Source: Nitrospirota bacterium
GTDB lineage: Bacteria; Nitrospirota; Nitrospiria; Nitrospirales; Nitrospiraceae
Length of the DNA: 64,000 nucleotides
Direction: 5' to 3'
Assembly (NCBI GenBank): GCA_963701855.1
Contig: CAVPBK010000011.1
Coordinates: 96,001 to 160,000, forward strand
Shown: positions 28,110 through 39,308 of the stretch, piece after piece
How the letters are laid out: every line of letters begins with the position of its first letter
How positions within the stretch are numbered: position 1 is the first letter of the stretch
Notes under the pieces: model-generated
What the model saw: the letters and a program-made list of their open reading frames with translations, nothing else
Told to the model about the DNA's origin: nothing
Databases searched by the model: none
Program-made: the position numbers and the translations under genes

Positions 28110-29636
28110 TCAAACCTTCTTTTCTTGTGGTTCACTGCCTAGATCATTCGCAATCAGTCGGAATTGTTCCAAAGCTGCTTCGAGGTCGTCGACGATTTCT
28201 TGGGCGATGATGTCGGGGTTAGGAAGATTTGCGGAGTCTTCTAGGGAGTCGTCTTTGAGCCAGAAGATGTCGAGGCTGGCTTTGTCGCGGCCGATGAGCT
28301 CGTCGTAGTCGTAGGCACGCCAACGGCCATCTAGTTTCTTGTCGGACCAGGTGGCTTTGCGGGTGTGGCGGTTGCCGGCCTGTTTGTCGGGCCGGTCGTG
28401 ATGGCCGTTGTAGCATTTCACGAATTCGTCCAGGTCTTCGCGCTTGAGCGGATCGGTCTTGAGCGTGAAGTGCTGGTTGGTGCGGAGGTCGTAGATCCAG
28501 AGCTTCTTGGTCCAGGGACTCTCGCTCGCCGGTTTTTTGTCGAAGAAGAGCACGTTGGCTTTCACACCCTGCGCATAGAAGAGGCCGGTCGGCAGGCGCA
28601 GGAGTGTGTGCACGTCGCACTCGTGCAAAAGCTTGCGCCGGACGGTTTCTCCCGCGCCACCTTCGAAGAGAACGTTGTCAGGCACCACGACTGCGGCGCG
28701 GCCATTCTGCTTCAGCAACGTTTTGACATGCTGGACGAAGTTGAGTTGCTTGTTGGAGGTCGTCGCCCAGAAGTCGTCACGCTCGACGATGTCCCGTTCC
28801 TTAGAGACCTGCCCTTCTTCCCCCACAATGGTCGTGCTGCTTTTCTTCCCAAAGGGTGGATTAGTCATCACGATGTCGAACCGATCGCCCGGATCAGCGG
28901 CCAAGGAATCGGCCACAACGATGGGCAGGTCTTTGTCGCTTCCGATCCCGTGGAGCATCATGTTCATCGCGCAGAGTCGTGCAGTGCTTTGGACCAATTC
29001 CCATCCCTTGAACGTGCCTTGCTTCAGTTGTCGCTTTTCGTCCTTAGTCAGGTTGGGATAATGCTTCACGATGTAGTCATGTGCAGCCAGGAAAAATCCG
29101 CCGGTTCCACAGGCCGGGTCGCAGATGGTCTCGCCGGACTTCGGGGCAATGGCCTCCACCATCGCGGCGATTAGCGGGCGCGGTGTGAAGTACTGTCCCG
29201 CGCCGGACTTGGTGTCTTGCGCGTTCTTTTCCAGCAAGCCCTCGTAGGCATCCCCTTTCACATCGGCGCTCATCGTGGACCAATCTTCTTTGTCGATCAG
29301 ATCCACAATCAGCCGCCGCAGCTTGACGGGGTCTTGAAACTTATTCTGGGCCTTCGTAAAGATCAGGCCGAGCATGCCTTTCCCTTTGCCAAGCTCTTCA
29401 AGGAGATGGCGGTAGTGGTCGAAGAGGTCGTCGCCGTCCCTCTTCAGCAGGCTGGGCCAACTGTACTTGTCGGGAATCTGGCTGGGCTGATTGTACGGCG
29501 GCTTGGTCCGCTCGTCGGCCATCTTGAGAAACAGCAGATACGTCAACTGTTCCACATAGTCGCCGTAGCTCATCCCATCGTCGCGGAGGACGTTGCAGTA
29601 GTTCCAGAGTTTTTGAACGATTTGGTTATTTCTCAT
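28110..29636 (-). CDS. hsdM: Type I restriction-modification methyltransferase subunit
   Basis: GQYFTPR, DPACGTGGF (motif I), NPPF (motif IV). Confidence 0.95.
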   Translation of the reverse strand: MRNNQIVQKLWNYCNVLRDDGMSYGDYVEQLTYLLFLKMADERTKPPYNQPSQIPDKYSWPSLLKRDGDDLFDHYRHLLEELGKGKGMLGLIFTKAQNKFQDPVKLRRLIVDLIDKEDWSTMSADVKGDAYEGLLEKNAQDTKSGAGQYFTPRPLIAAMVEAIAPKSGETICDPACGTGGFFLAAHDYIVKHYPNLTKDEKRQLKQGTFKGWELVQSTARLCAMNMMLHGIGSDKDLPIVVADSLAADPGDRFDIVMTNPPFGKKSSTTIVGEEGQVSKERDIVERDDFWATTSNKQLNFVQHVKTLLKQNGRAAVVVPDNVLFEGGAGETVRRKLLHECDVHTLLRLPTGLFYAQGVKANVLFFDKKPASESPWTKKLWIYDLRTNQHFTLKTDPLKREDLDEFVKCYNGHHDRPDKQAGNRHTRKATWSDKKLDGRWRAYDYDELIGRDKASLDIFWLKDDSLEDSANLPNPDIIAQEIVDDLEAALEQFRLIANDLGSEPQEKKV

Positions 29637-29708
29637 CAATATTCTACAGATAATCCCTTTGCCGCATGGGGGATAGCGTTGCAAAACAGAAACTACGGCA
29701 CTCTGGCC

Positions 29709-30134
29709 CTACCTTGCTCCTGAGAACAAGACTCGCTTGATGAAGCTTTCGTCTACATATGAAAATGACTGCGGCACTTTAAAGCCGCTACGCACTTCTG
29801 TAGGTTCAAGCTCCTTTTTGAGTCTCACAGCACGCCGGAGTGATATGAAGACAGCGGACTCTGACCCAGAAAAGTATGCCTTAAATGCACTCCTGGAAAT
29901 TCCTGCAGCCTGTCTGGTCTGTCTCCATGTCGCCGACACAGATGCCGCTGTTACTCTGACGACCTCAGCTATCCCCACTATCTTCTTCACTGGCGAAGTA
30001 GAGTAGATCACAACGTGCGTTATATCCTGTCGCAACCGAGATCTCCTGAACTCGTATTTCTTGCTTCCCTCAAGAATACGATTTGCATAGATGGGCTTAA
30101 TCGGCAAAAAAGCAATTACCGAGTCGGCACTCAT
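29709..30134 (-). CDS. ASCH (PUA-like) domain protein
   Basis: PIKPIYANRILEGSKKYEFRR (GxKxxExR), VIYSTSP, PQSFSY. Confidence 0.88.
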   Translation of the reverse strand: MSADSVIAFLPIKPIYANRILEGSKKYEFRRSRLRQDITHVVIYSTSPVKKIVGIAEVVRVTAASVSATWRQTRQAAGISRSAFKAYFSGSESAVFISLRRAVRLKKELEPTEVRSGFKVPQSFSYVDESFIKRVLFSGAR

Positions 30135-31578
30135 CCACGACCTTCCGAAACGCTTCATTAGATATTTTTCTGATTGTCTGGATTTGCCCATTCACTACCC
30201 CTTGCTCAGATAACCAGTTAGAGGGAATCACATTCTGAAGGTGAGCTGCTAACCGAAACAATATTACTTTCGTCTTTTTCTCTGCGATCTTCACAATATC
30301 GTCGTAAGAGTACACTGTTCGCTTTGAAACAAGCTGCAAAATTTTGTCGTGATCCTGGTACTCATGGACCGACTCTACAACGCCAATGCTTGTAATGGCT
30401 TGGATATCCTGAGATCTGTAGAAAAACAGAATGTCTCCCGACTTAATACCGCTGATTCTCGCGTGGCAAAGATATGCCTGCTTAATCGCGTGCCCTGCAC
30501 TTGATGGGCCAAAGAGGCTTGGTTGAATTTGGATTTCCGGGAAAAGGACTTTGTGATACTCAGGACGAATAGGCACGATGTACTTACCGACTTCTCTACT
30601 GCTGAGAATATGGGGATAGAAGAGACGATGGTATTCGAGTGGAGGAAGCGCAACCTCAGGTGGGTGTAAGGGATGCTCCTTCACAAAGACATGATCGTTT
30701 TGGTATTCACCAAATATTGTGAAGCCAAAATCGGCACAGAGGTCCTCAAGAAAGTCTTGTTTGCCTGGCCTCATAGTGATGTAGATATGCTTTAGCCGGT
30801 TGTTCGTCGCATAGCGAAACGCTGCTTTTAGTAGAAGTTCGCCGAGCTTACGGCCACGTGCCTGTTCAGCAACTTTGAATGTGCATAGCTTGAGTGTCCT
30901 TCCAGGCAATGCCTGGTTGTCATTGGTCACGATTGGATCGCGCTCTTCCTTGAAGATTGCTATAGCTCCCGGATTTCCATCGGAATCACGATATACCCAA
31001 GCCGTCCGCCCTTCCCTAGCTTTTTCCTGATACCACTTGTCAAATTTGTAATCACTCCTCAGGGAATCGAAAAACGAATTCTCCAAATCAATCTGGTGCA
31101 GCGGAACCTCTTCGATACTGGGCAGAACAACTCCAACGCGCGCGTGGAGGTGTTCTAGGAAGGATGTAGCTTGCTGGATGTAGTGAACTCGGTCAGCAAT
31201 TCCGATTTGCAATGCTTTCTTGTGAAGCTCTCGGTCCTCGGTAATGAGGATGTTGGCAGCATCGCGATAAAGGGCATAGAGGATCTCATTATCGACCCGG
31301 TCGTTGTCATCGCGTTCTATAAGCCCTAGCTTAGACAGTTCTGCGGCAGCTGGTCTTGGCGGATTCCCCAGAGTGGAGTACTTGCGAAGCCGCGACAGGC
31401 TGATGTCGCGGCGCTTCTTGTCTGGGTCACGGGCTATGTCGTCATTGGAGGACGGGTGTGCGAGGAGCTGATGTCCATTCTCGCTTGCAAGACGGACCAG
31501 TTTGCTAAGGCTCTCTTCAAGAACACGAGTTGAATCTTCCAGGGGAATTACAACATTGGTATCAATGAGGATTCTCAA
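30097..31578 (-). CDS. PIN nuclease - GNAT acetyltransferase - ASCH/EVE-like fusion protein
   Basis: IDTNV, DNEIL and ITEDREL (PIN acidic residues); KLCTFKV...RGRKLG (GNAT motif A); PIRPEYH...GDILFFYRS...IGVVE (PUA-like). Confidence 0.82.
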   Translation of the reverse strand: MRILIDTNVVIPLEDSTRVLEESLSKLVRLASENGHQLLAHPSSNDDIARDPDKKRRDISLSRLRKYSTLGNPPRPAAAELSKLGLIERDDNDRVDNEILYALYRDAANILITEDRELHKKALQIGIADRVHYIQQATSFLEHLHARVGVVLPSIEEVPLHQIDLENSFFDSLRSDYKFDKWYQEKAREGRTAWVYRDSDGNPGAIAIFKEERDPIVTNDNQALPGRTLKLCTFKVAEQARGRKLGELLLKAAFRYATNNRLKHIYITMRPGKQDFLEDLCADFGFTIFGEYQNDHVFVKEHPLHPPEVALPPLEYHRLFYPHILSSREVGKYIVPIRPEYHKVLFPEIQIQPSLFGPSSAGHAIKQAYLCHARISGIKSGDILFFYRSQDIQAITSIGVVESVHEYQDHDKILQLVSKRTVYSYDDIVKIAEKKTKVILFRLAAHLQNVIPSNWLSEQGVVNGQIQTIRKISNEAFRKVVDECRLGNCFFAD

Positions 31579-31602
31579 AGCCTGAGACTTCCAGGAGCTG
31601 GC

Positions 31603-32823
31603 TCACGTTTCATTGCTTCGCCCAGATAGCAAACGGCCAGCAAAAGCCTGGCTAAGGATTGATTGTCGCAGCCGGTCGGCGCGGGTGAGGTTGGTTTGGA
31701 CGGTGGCTTCGAGTTCCTCGATGACGGATAGGCGGCGCTCGACTTCGGCGATGATTTGCTCTTGCTCTACCACCTGAGGAATATCGAGCGGTAACACTTT
31801 GAGATCACCGCCTGAGATCCCAGATTGTCCAGCCGTGGTCCGAATCTTCGACTCAATGTATTCGCGCGCGCGGCCAGTCGAGGCGAGGATCACCAAGAAC
31901 TCGGGAAGCATCATCAAGCGGGGGACACGAACTCGTATCAGCTTGTCTGGGTAAACCGTGGGAGGCAGGTTTGCCGGCACTCGTGCGCACACGCCAACAT
32001 AGTCCCGGTTTCCGTTGTAACGCGTAAACAATATGTCGCCTGGCTCAACGAGGAACGGCTCATAGTCTGCTGGAGTTCCGGATAAATAGCGAACATCGTT
32101 TGCATCCAGTTTCATCGGACGAACCGCGCTAATCCGAAAAATACGTGTCCCATGCTCCGCATCGGGTTTCTTCGAGTAGCCGTTTCTGATGGAAGTCGTG
32201 ATATCACCAAGGACGACTTGTTTCCAAGGCCCCGCGGGCGGCGCGAGCTTCCCTTCGAAGGCGGCTTTGAGGACGGAAGCTTTGTAGCGTTTGAGGTTGG
32301 CCTTGACGCGTTTGAGGTTGGCAACGGCTTCGTCGAGGCGGGAGAACTGCTTTTCGATCTCCGCGACGATGCGATCCTGTTGCCCTTTTGGTGCATGTGG
32401 CAAATGTAACTTCCTTAAGAACTGAAAATGGCGACTGTAGCCACGACTTGGAATCTGCAGCGAGCGAAGGAGATAGTAGAAGAACTTGGGAACATACCCC
32501 TCACGAGGCCGTAGGATCTTCACGCCTTCGGCACCCACGGCAAATCGCCTATCAACGTATTTGAACGAACGTGTGTGGTCTCCAAATAGGATGACAGGCA
32601 ACTCATCATCAAAAGTCATATCCTCATCGTCGGTATAACCTCCGATCGTGTCTTGCCCTTGATCGATGACGGGAATCTTCCCTGCGAGCAAATATGCTCC
32701 CTGTTTAACCCGCCTACCTTTATCGGAAATTACATCGGCAGCCTGCTCAAATGGCAGCACATCCCAGCCCAGAGGCACGATGGGCATTTCTGGCTGAAAG
32801 ATATCTTCCAACGTCTTTTTCAC
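31603..32823 (-). CDS. hsdS: Type I restriction-modification specificity subunit
   Basis: Two TRDs separated by conserved helices QDRIVAEIEKQFSRLD and EQEQIIAEVERRLS...QSILSQAFAG. Confidence 0.93.
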   Translation of the reverse strand: MKKTLEDIFQPEMPIVPLGWDVLPFEQAADVISDKGRRVKQGAYLLAGKIPVIDQGQDTIGGYTDDEDMTFDDELPVILFGDHTRSFKYVDRRFAVGAEGVKILRPREGYVPKFFYYLLRSLQIPSRGYSRHFQFLRKLHLPHAPKGQQDRIVAEIEKQFSRLDEAVANLKRVKANLKRYKASVLKAAFEGKLAPPAGPWKQVVLGDITTSIRNGYSKKPDAEHGTRIFRISAVRPMKLDANDVRYLSGTPADYEPFLVEPGDILFTRYNGNRDYVGVCARVPANLPPTVYPDKLIRVRVPRLMMLPEFLVILASTGRAREYIESKIRTTAGQSGISGGDLKVLPLDIPQVVEQEQIIAEVERRLSVIEELEATVQTNLTRADRLRQSILSQAFAGRLLSGRSNET

Positions 32824-32940
32824 GCTGCCAAAGTCCCGTTCAGTTCTTCAATAAGTTTGTTCAGCTCGCTACCAAAACCTGATGCACCTTCCCTAGCCCA
32901 CCTTCCTGAGCAAAGGGCGCGTACTCGAAGTCGTCCTTCG
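32820..32940 (-). pseudogene. hsdR: Orphan 3' end of a second hsdR allele
   Basis: Encodes KDDFEYAPFAQEGGLGKVHQ, identical to the main hsdR tail; its TGA overlaps the hsdS GTG. Confidence 0.85.
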
Positions 32941-33023
32941 CAATGCTACGATTTGCCTGCTTACACGCGGTGCGCAGGCGAGCTGCGAATCGGTCGTCCC
33001 CACTTCGGACAAGTCCCGCACGC

Positions 33024-33328
33024 TTATCTAAGTCGCGACTGCCAGTACCCCGGCCGTCGTTTCAGATGCATGACGGCGACGACGAGCAGACTGTTGGAGT
33101 GTTGGCTATAGATAACCGCGAACGGGAAGCGATGCACAAGGAAGCGCTTTGTTCCTCGCTTATATTCCGGCCAGGCATTCGGGGTTTCTCGTATTCGGGA
33201 GACGGCAACAGTGATTTCGTGGAAGAACGACCCCCGAGACCTGGTCGCTGTGCGTCGTACCATGCCTTGGCCAGCTCTAGCTCGGCAAGGGCGGCGGGAT
33301 GGAATTCGAGAGGCAGTTCACCGGCCAT
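33024..33328 (-). pseudogene. RelE/ParE-family toxin, frameshifted
   Basis: FHPAALAEL...WYDAQRPGLG in one frame, ...RFPFAVIY...VAVMHLKRRPGYW in another; shift at a G5 run (33231-33235). Confidence 0.82.
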
Positions 33329-33545
33329 GTCGCAGGCGCTTTTGCACCTCCTCCCAGGGGATAGTCTTTACCTCGCCACGCTCGATTTGCCCAAGCCGCC
33401 GCTGCACTTCTTCTTGCCAGGCCTGTTCCACATCGGTATCCGGAACCTCATCTAAGCTGGCAATCAACTGCTCCGCCACTTCTGCACGCTCATAGGCAGT
33501 TAGCTTCAGAGCCTCTTCCAACAAGACTTGTGACTTTTGCGTCAT
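33318..33545 (-). CDS. Addiction-module antitoxin component
   Basis: ALKLTAYERAEVAEQLIASLD...AWQEEVQRR...IPWEEV; overlaps the toxin start. Confidence 0.88.
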   Translation of the reverse strand: MTQKSQVLLEEALKLTAYERAEVAEQLIASLDEVPDTDVEQAWQEEVQRRLGQIERGEVKTIPWEEVQKRLRHGR

Positions 33546-33558
33546 AACGAACCTCCTC

Positions 33559-36488
33559 CTAGGCCACGAGAGCCACATTCATGGCCTCTATTATGGTCTG
33601 AAGACCCTCTGGAAACAACTGATGTACCTTTCCCAACCCACCCTCTTGCGCAAAGGGCGCATACTCGAAGTCGTCTTTGTCAACCGCAAGATTCGCCCCG
33701 ATGTGATCGCGGATCATCTCCAGCCAATGGCGTTGCTCATCGGTAAACTTCCTCTTTCTGCTCTCTTGCTCCCCTAGCCAAGCCTTAAAGTTGGCGTTGA
33801 CCTTCTCAGGAAATGGCACCAATTCATTCTCTTGGTGAGTGGCGAAGCGGACAAGGGAGACGAGGTCCGTGAGAATGCGCTTGCCGCTTGCACCTTTGAC
33901 CTTGGACTTCTCCAGGGCCGCATAGGCCTGCCAGAGTTGGGATTCGTTCCAAAGATAGGGCGGCTTTTCGATGGCATTGGCGAGGTCCTTGATGTCCTCG
34001 AACTTCAGCCGTTGTTTGTACGGCTTACTGTAGAGGATTTGCAGAGCGGTGATCTCGTCTTTGTGTTGTGTGATGAACAGTTCGAACGACTGTACGATGG
34101 TGCGGGCACGAGCCAACGCGTCGGCGCTGAAGCCTGCTTCGATGACTTGATCCTGGCTGACATGGTCGATGGTCAGCTCATTTTTCTTCTTGATGTCGAT
34201 GAGCAGTTCGCGGAGCTTCGGGTCTTGAAATGGCTTGGCGGCTTCCTGGATGAGCGCGCTGCCGCCTTTGCCATTTGTTGCTCGGTCGGCTTATCCGTCC
34301 CGAACTGCTTTCTTGCCAATTCTTCATGCCGGTCTGGATTGACCGCTTCCACCAATTGACGACTGAGGTCTTTGAGCGTGAGGCCCCCACTGGCTTTGCT
34401 GATGGCCTGTTCATCTTCCTTCGTGATCCGGTGCTCCATGCGGGCCAGCCGTCCGGCGATGCTGGTGAGTACGTCTTCTTCGGTATTCCCCAGTGCGACA
34501 GCTTGTAGCAGCTTCTCAAAGGCGACGCTGGGCTTCTTCTCCATCGGTCGCGCGTCGGTCTTATCTTGCTCGCAGACGCCGACGGTATCGACGATGACGA
34601 AGTGGTCCTTGGTCGTGGCATCGGGCGTGACGGCCTTCAGATCGTCCGGCTTGATGACGCGGACACCCCGGCCCTTCATCTGCTCGAAGAAGGTGCGGGA
34701 TTTCACCGCGCGCATGAAGACGACGATCTCGACCGGCTTGATGTCGGTGCCGGTGGCGATCATGTCCACGGTGACGGCGATGCGGGGATGGTAGCTGTTG
34801 CGAAAGGTCTTGATGAGGTCCTTGGGATTCACGCCGGTGGTGCGATAGGTGATCTTCTGGGCGAATTCGTTGCCCTTGCCGAACTCCTCGCGGAGGATTT
34901 CGACGATGTTCTCCGCATGGGCGTCGTCCTTGGCGAAGATGAGGGTCTTGGGCACCTCGGTGCGGCCGGGAAAGATCTCGGTGAAGAGCTTCTCCTTGAA
35001 AGCTTTGACGATGGTGCGGATCTGGTCCGGGGCGACCACGTCGCGGTCGAGCTGGTCGGGATCATAGGCGAAGTCATCGTCAAGCCTCTCCCAACGTTTT
35101 GCGCGCGTTTCACGATTCATCACCTGCACGCTGTATCCAGCATCGACCGTCGAGCCCGCCTGAGTTATTGCGGTACGGATGCGGTACACGTCGTAGTTGA
35201 CGTTGACGCCGTCGGCGACGGCCTGCTCGTGTGAGTATTCCATGACCAGGTTCTGATTGAAGAAGCCGAAGGTCTGCTTGTTGGGCGTGGCGGTCAGGCC
35301 GATGAGGTGGGCATCGAAGTATTCCAGCACCTGTGCCCAAAGGTTGTAGATGGACCGATGGCATTCGTCGGTGACGATGACGTCGAAGGTTTCAATCGGA
35401 ATAACCGGGTTGTACTCAATCGGCTCGATTGGGCTTCTCAGAAGGCCGTGATTCTGCGTTGCTCGGGTCGCTCCGCTGCTCATTGACGCGCCTGTCAACT
35501 CCGCTGCTCGCTCGCCTCGCGCCTTGTCTGACGACCTTCTGCTTTGCCCAATCCCTTGGGTGAGCCGTTCAAGCCCCGCGATGGAAATTTCTTCGTCCTC
35601 GTCCGATAGCTCGCGCCCCTTCAGCATGGAATACATGCGCTGAATGGTGCTGATGCAGACTCGCGCGGTGGTATCGAGGGTATTGCCCGCCAACCGCTGG
35701 ACGATGAACTCTTCGGTGAACTTGAAGTTGTTGTAGGGCGAGACATACTGCTGGAATTCCTTGAGCGTCTGGTCGCCGAGGTTGCCACGATCGACGAGGA
35801 AGAGCACGCGGCGCGCGCCGCCGAACTTGATGAGGCGGTAGATGAAGTTGATGGCGGTGAAGGTCTTGCCGCTGCCGGTGGCCATTTGGATGAGGGCGCG
35901 TGGACGATCCTGAGCCAGCGACTTTTCGAGATTGTTAATGGCGGTGACTTGCGCGGGCCAGAGACCGGTGGTGCTTAGAGGTGGCAGCGTCTTCAAGCGA
36001 GCGCGGAGGGTCGTCGCCGTTTCTGCGGCCAGAGACGCGCCGTGCAGATCCTTCGGGGCTTCGCTGCGCTGTGGGATTAAAGCGGCCAGTGTCTCGGGTC
36101 GATGGAAGCTGAACACGGGGCGGCTGCGCGGTTGGGGATCGAGGCCGTTCGTGAATCGCGTTTCCACGCCGGTGCTCTGATACAGAAACGGCAACGGTCG
36201 GATAGAGGCAGGTAAGTCCGTGGGGAGGCCCTTGCTGTACTTCTCGGCCTGGACTTCCACGCCGATGAGAGTCACGCCTTCTTTCTTGGCTTCGATGATG
36301 CCTGCGGCCTTGCCGTCCACATAGAGGAGATAGTCCGCAAAGCCGTGCCCGCTCACGAGCGGAAAGTTTCTGAGAACCACGCCTCTTCCGGCATGAAGAT
36401 TTGCGCTCTTGTAGTCCTGAACTCGCCAGCCAGCCTGTTCCAGCGCTTGGTCGATGTGCTCACGCGCTTGATCTTCAGGAGTCGGCAT
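33559..36488 (-). pseudogene. hsdR: Type I restriction endonuclease subunit R, frameshifted near 34257
   Basis: ADY...IEAKK nuclease motif, MATGSGKT, DECHRS, TATP, QMKGRG; the C-terminal domain continues in another frame (ALIQEAAKPFQDPKLRELL... into ORF 33559-34116). Confidence 0.9.
35427..35553. mobile_element. Palindromic element E inside the hsdR reading frame
   Basis: TIR GATTGGGC / GCCCAATC, inner CAGAAGG / CCTTCTG and a TTGAC...GTCAA hairpin. Confidence 0.72.
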
Positions 36489-36561
36489 GGGCCGAAGAAT
36501 ACCTCTTTCCCCTAGAGAAATCACTCCGCCTTCCGAGAGAGGGGGAGCAACGGTAAAGACG

Positions 36562-36620
36562 GTTTGTCTGGTTTATCACCCAAGGAAACCAGATAGACCA
36601 AAAAAACCAGATGAACCAGA
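36562..36620. repeat. 9-nt-period palindromic repeat, copy 6
   Basis: gtttgtctggttt ... aaaccagatagaccaaaaaaaccagatgaaccag. Confidence 0.75.
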
Positions 36621-36680
36621 GCAGGCTCGTTCACGGTACAATCGTGGCTCTGGCAGCACTCTCACAGTGGAGACGACACG

Positions 36681-37674
<994 letters not shown>

Positions 37675-37695
37675 GCATACGGGCAGGGAGAGGAG

Positions 37696-37800
37696 GTTTG
37701 TCTGATCTATTTGGTTTGTTTGGTTGATCTGGTCTGTCTTGTTGGCCGGAATGGAAAACCAACCAGAGGAACCAAAGAGACCAGACGACCAGAAAGACCA
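37696..37800. repeat. 9-nt-period palindromic repeat, copy 7
   Basis: tctatttggtttgtttggttgatctggtctgtc ... aaccaaccagaggaaccaaagagaccagacgaccagaaagacca. Confidence 0.8.
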
Positions 37801-37809
37801 TCCCTCTTC

Positions 37810-39168
37810 TCAGGATGGCTGGGGCTCTGTGGGATTGGTGACTTCGGATTGGGACTGAAGCGCGATTAGTTCAGTCTCGGGTGTGATACGCCCTACATCG
37901 AGGAGGATGGCGACGAGCATGTCGCTCAGGACGTTGACGCCTGAGCGGGCTCGGGCAATGATCCAATCCACCGTCATGATGAGTGGAATGGCTGCGCCGA
38001 TGACGTGAGATGGCAAGCCGGCGGCTGAGAGGACGAGCGGCAAGACGATCATCCCTGCTTCCGGAATGCCGGCCACGCCGGCTCCCGCGATCATCGACGC
38101 GGCGACGATCAGTATCTGGCTGTCCATCGGCAGGTCAAAGCCCAGCGCTTGGGCGAGAAAGAGCGCGGCCATCGCTTCATAGAGAGTGATGCCGTCGTTG
38201 TTGAGGTTCGTGCCGACACAGGCGGCGAGGCGCGCCGATTGAGGCGAGACCTGCATGCGATCGAGGCACCGGAGGGTGACTGGCACGGCGGCGAGACTGC
38301 TGTTGCATGACACGGCGGTCATGATCGCGTCGGCCCCCTGTCCTATGTAGACCTTCGGCGACTTCTTCCCGATCAGCCAGGCGACGAGCGGGTAGTAACC
38401 AAGCGAGTGGATGGCGAGTCCGACGAGCATGGTGACAAGGAAGATCCAGAGGACGGCGAAGACTCCGATGCCTGCCTTGCCGACGACCTGCGCGACGACG
38501 CCGAAGACGGCGAGCGGTACCGCGAGGATGATCCATCCGAGGATCTGCACAAGCCACGAATACACGCGCTCAATAATCCGTACGAGGGTCTGCACGACTC
38601 CACGACCCTGGTCGGTATGACCGTGCAAGCGGCGAAGAATGGCGCCGATGCAGAGGGCAAGGAGCACGACTCCGATGATGTTGCCGGTAGAAAACGGAGC
38701 CATGATGGTACGAGGAATATAGGAGGCGAGGTATTCGATCGGACTCTGGGTTCCGGTCTGCACTGTTGCCGAGGCGCTCGCCGATGGCTTGGCGGTTGGC
38801 ACGACGTTCAGCAAGTCCTCGACGTGGCCATTCCAGGCTAGGCCCGGCTGCCAGGTGTTCATGATCACGAGGCCGATCGTCATGGCCACGGTAACGTTGA
38901 CGAGGCAAATGAGGAGCAGCTTGGCCCCCTGACGCAGCGGGAGGCTGGTGCGGACAAGCGCATCGAGGATCGCAAAGAAGATGAGCGGGATGGCGAGGGT
39001 CTTGAGCAGCGTGACGAGCAGCAGACCGAGCCAGCCTAGATGCTCATTCTTGAGGCCGCCCAGATACGGCTCTTGACCAAAGACCACGCCAAGCAACGTG
39101 CCACAGGCCACCGCGATGAGCACTTGTGTGTAGAGCGGCAGCGGGATTAATCGTGGTGAGGCCTGCAT
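37810..39168 (-). CDS. Dicarboxylate/amino acid:cation symporter (DAACS/GltP family)
   Basis: SCNSSLAAVP, NLNNDG, GVAGIPEAG, DWIIARARSGVN. Confidence 0.9.
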   Translation of the reverse strand: MQASPRLIPLPLYTQVLIAVACGTLLGVVFGQEPYLGGLKNEHLGWLGLLLVTLLKTLAIPLIFFAILDALVRTSLPLRQGAKLLLICLVNVTVAMTIGLVIMNTWQPGLAWNGHVEDLLNVVPTAKPSASASATVQTGTQSPIEYLASYIPRTIMAPFSTGNIIGVVLLALCIGAILRRLHGHTDQGRGVVQTLVRIIERVYSWLVQILGWIILAVPLAVFGVVAQVVGKAGIGVFAVLWIFLVTMLVGLAIHSLGYYPLVAWLIGKKSPKVYIGQGADAIMTAVSCNSSLAAVPVTLRCLDRMQVSPQSARLAACVGTNLNNDGITLYEAMAALFLAQALGFDLPMDSQILIVAASMIAGAGVAGIPEAGMIVLPLVLSAAGLPSHVIGAAIPLIMTVDWIIARARSGVNVLSDMLVAILLDVGRITPETELIALQSQSEVTNPTEPQPS

Positions 39169-39308
39169 AGTGTTGTTGTGGGGGCTGCGGAAGAATACCC
39201 CTTTCTCCGGGAGAAAGCACGCCGCCTTTCTGGGATGTGAAGGGTGAGACGTCAGGGGTCATGTTTGCGTACTTTCGTGATATAGTTTCTCCAACAGTGA
39301 GGTGTTTC

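Noticed and set aside
28370..28408. Possible small palindromic insert in the hsdM C-terminus (GHHDRPDKQAG)
   Set aside because: Too short and imperfect to call without an ortholog alignment
34250..34270. Programmed ribosomal frameshift in hsdR
   Set aside because: No canonical slippery heptamer at the junction; mutation or sequencing error is more parsimonious
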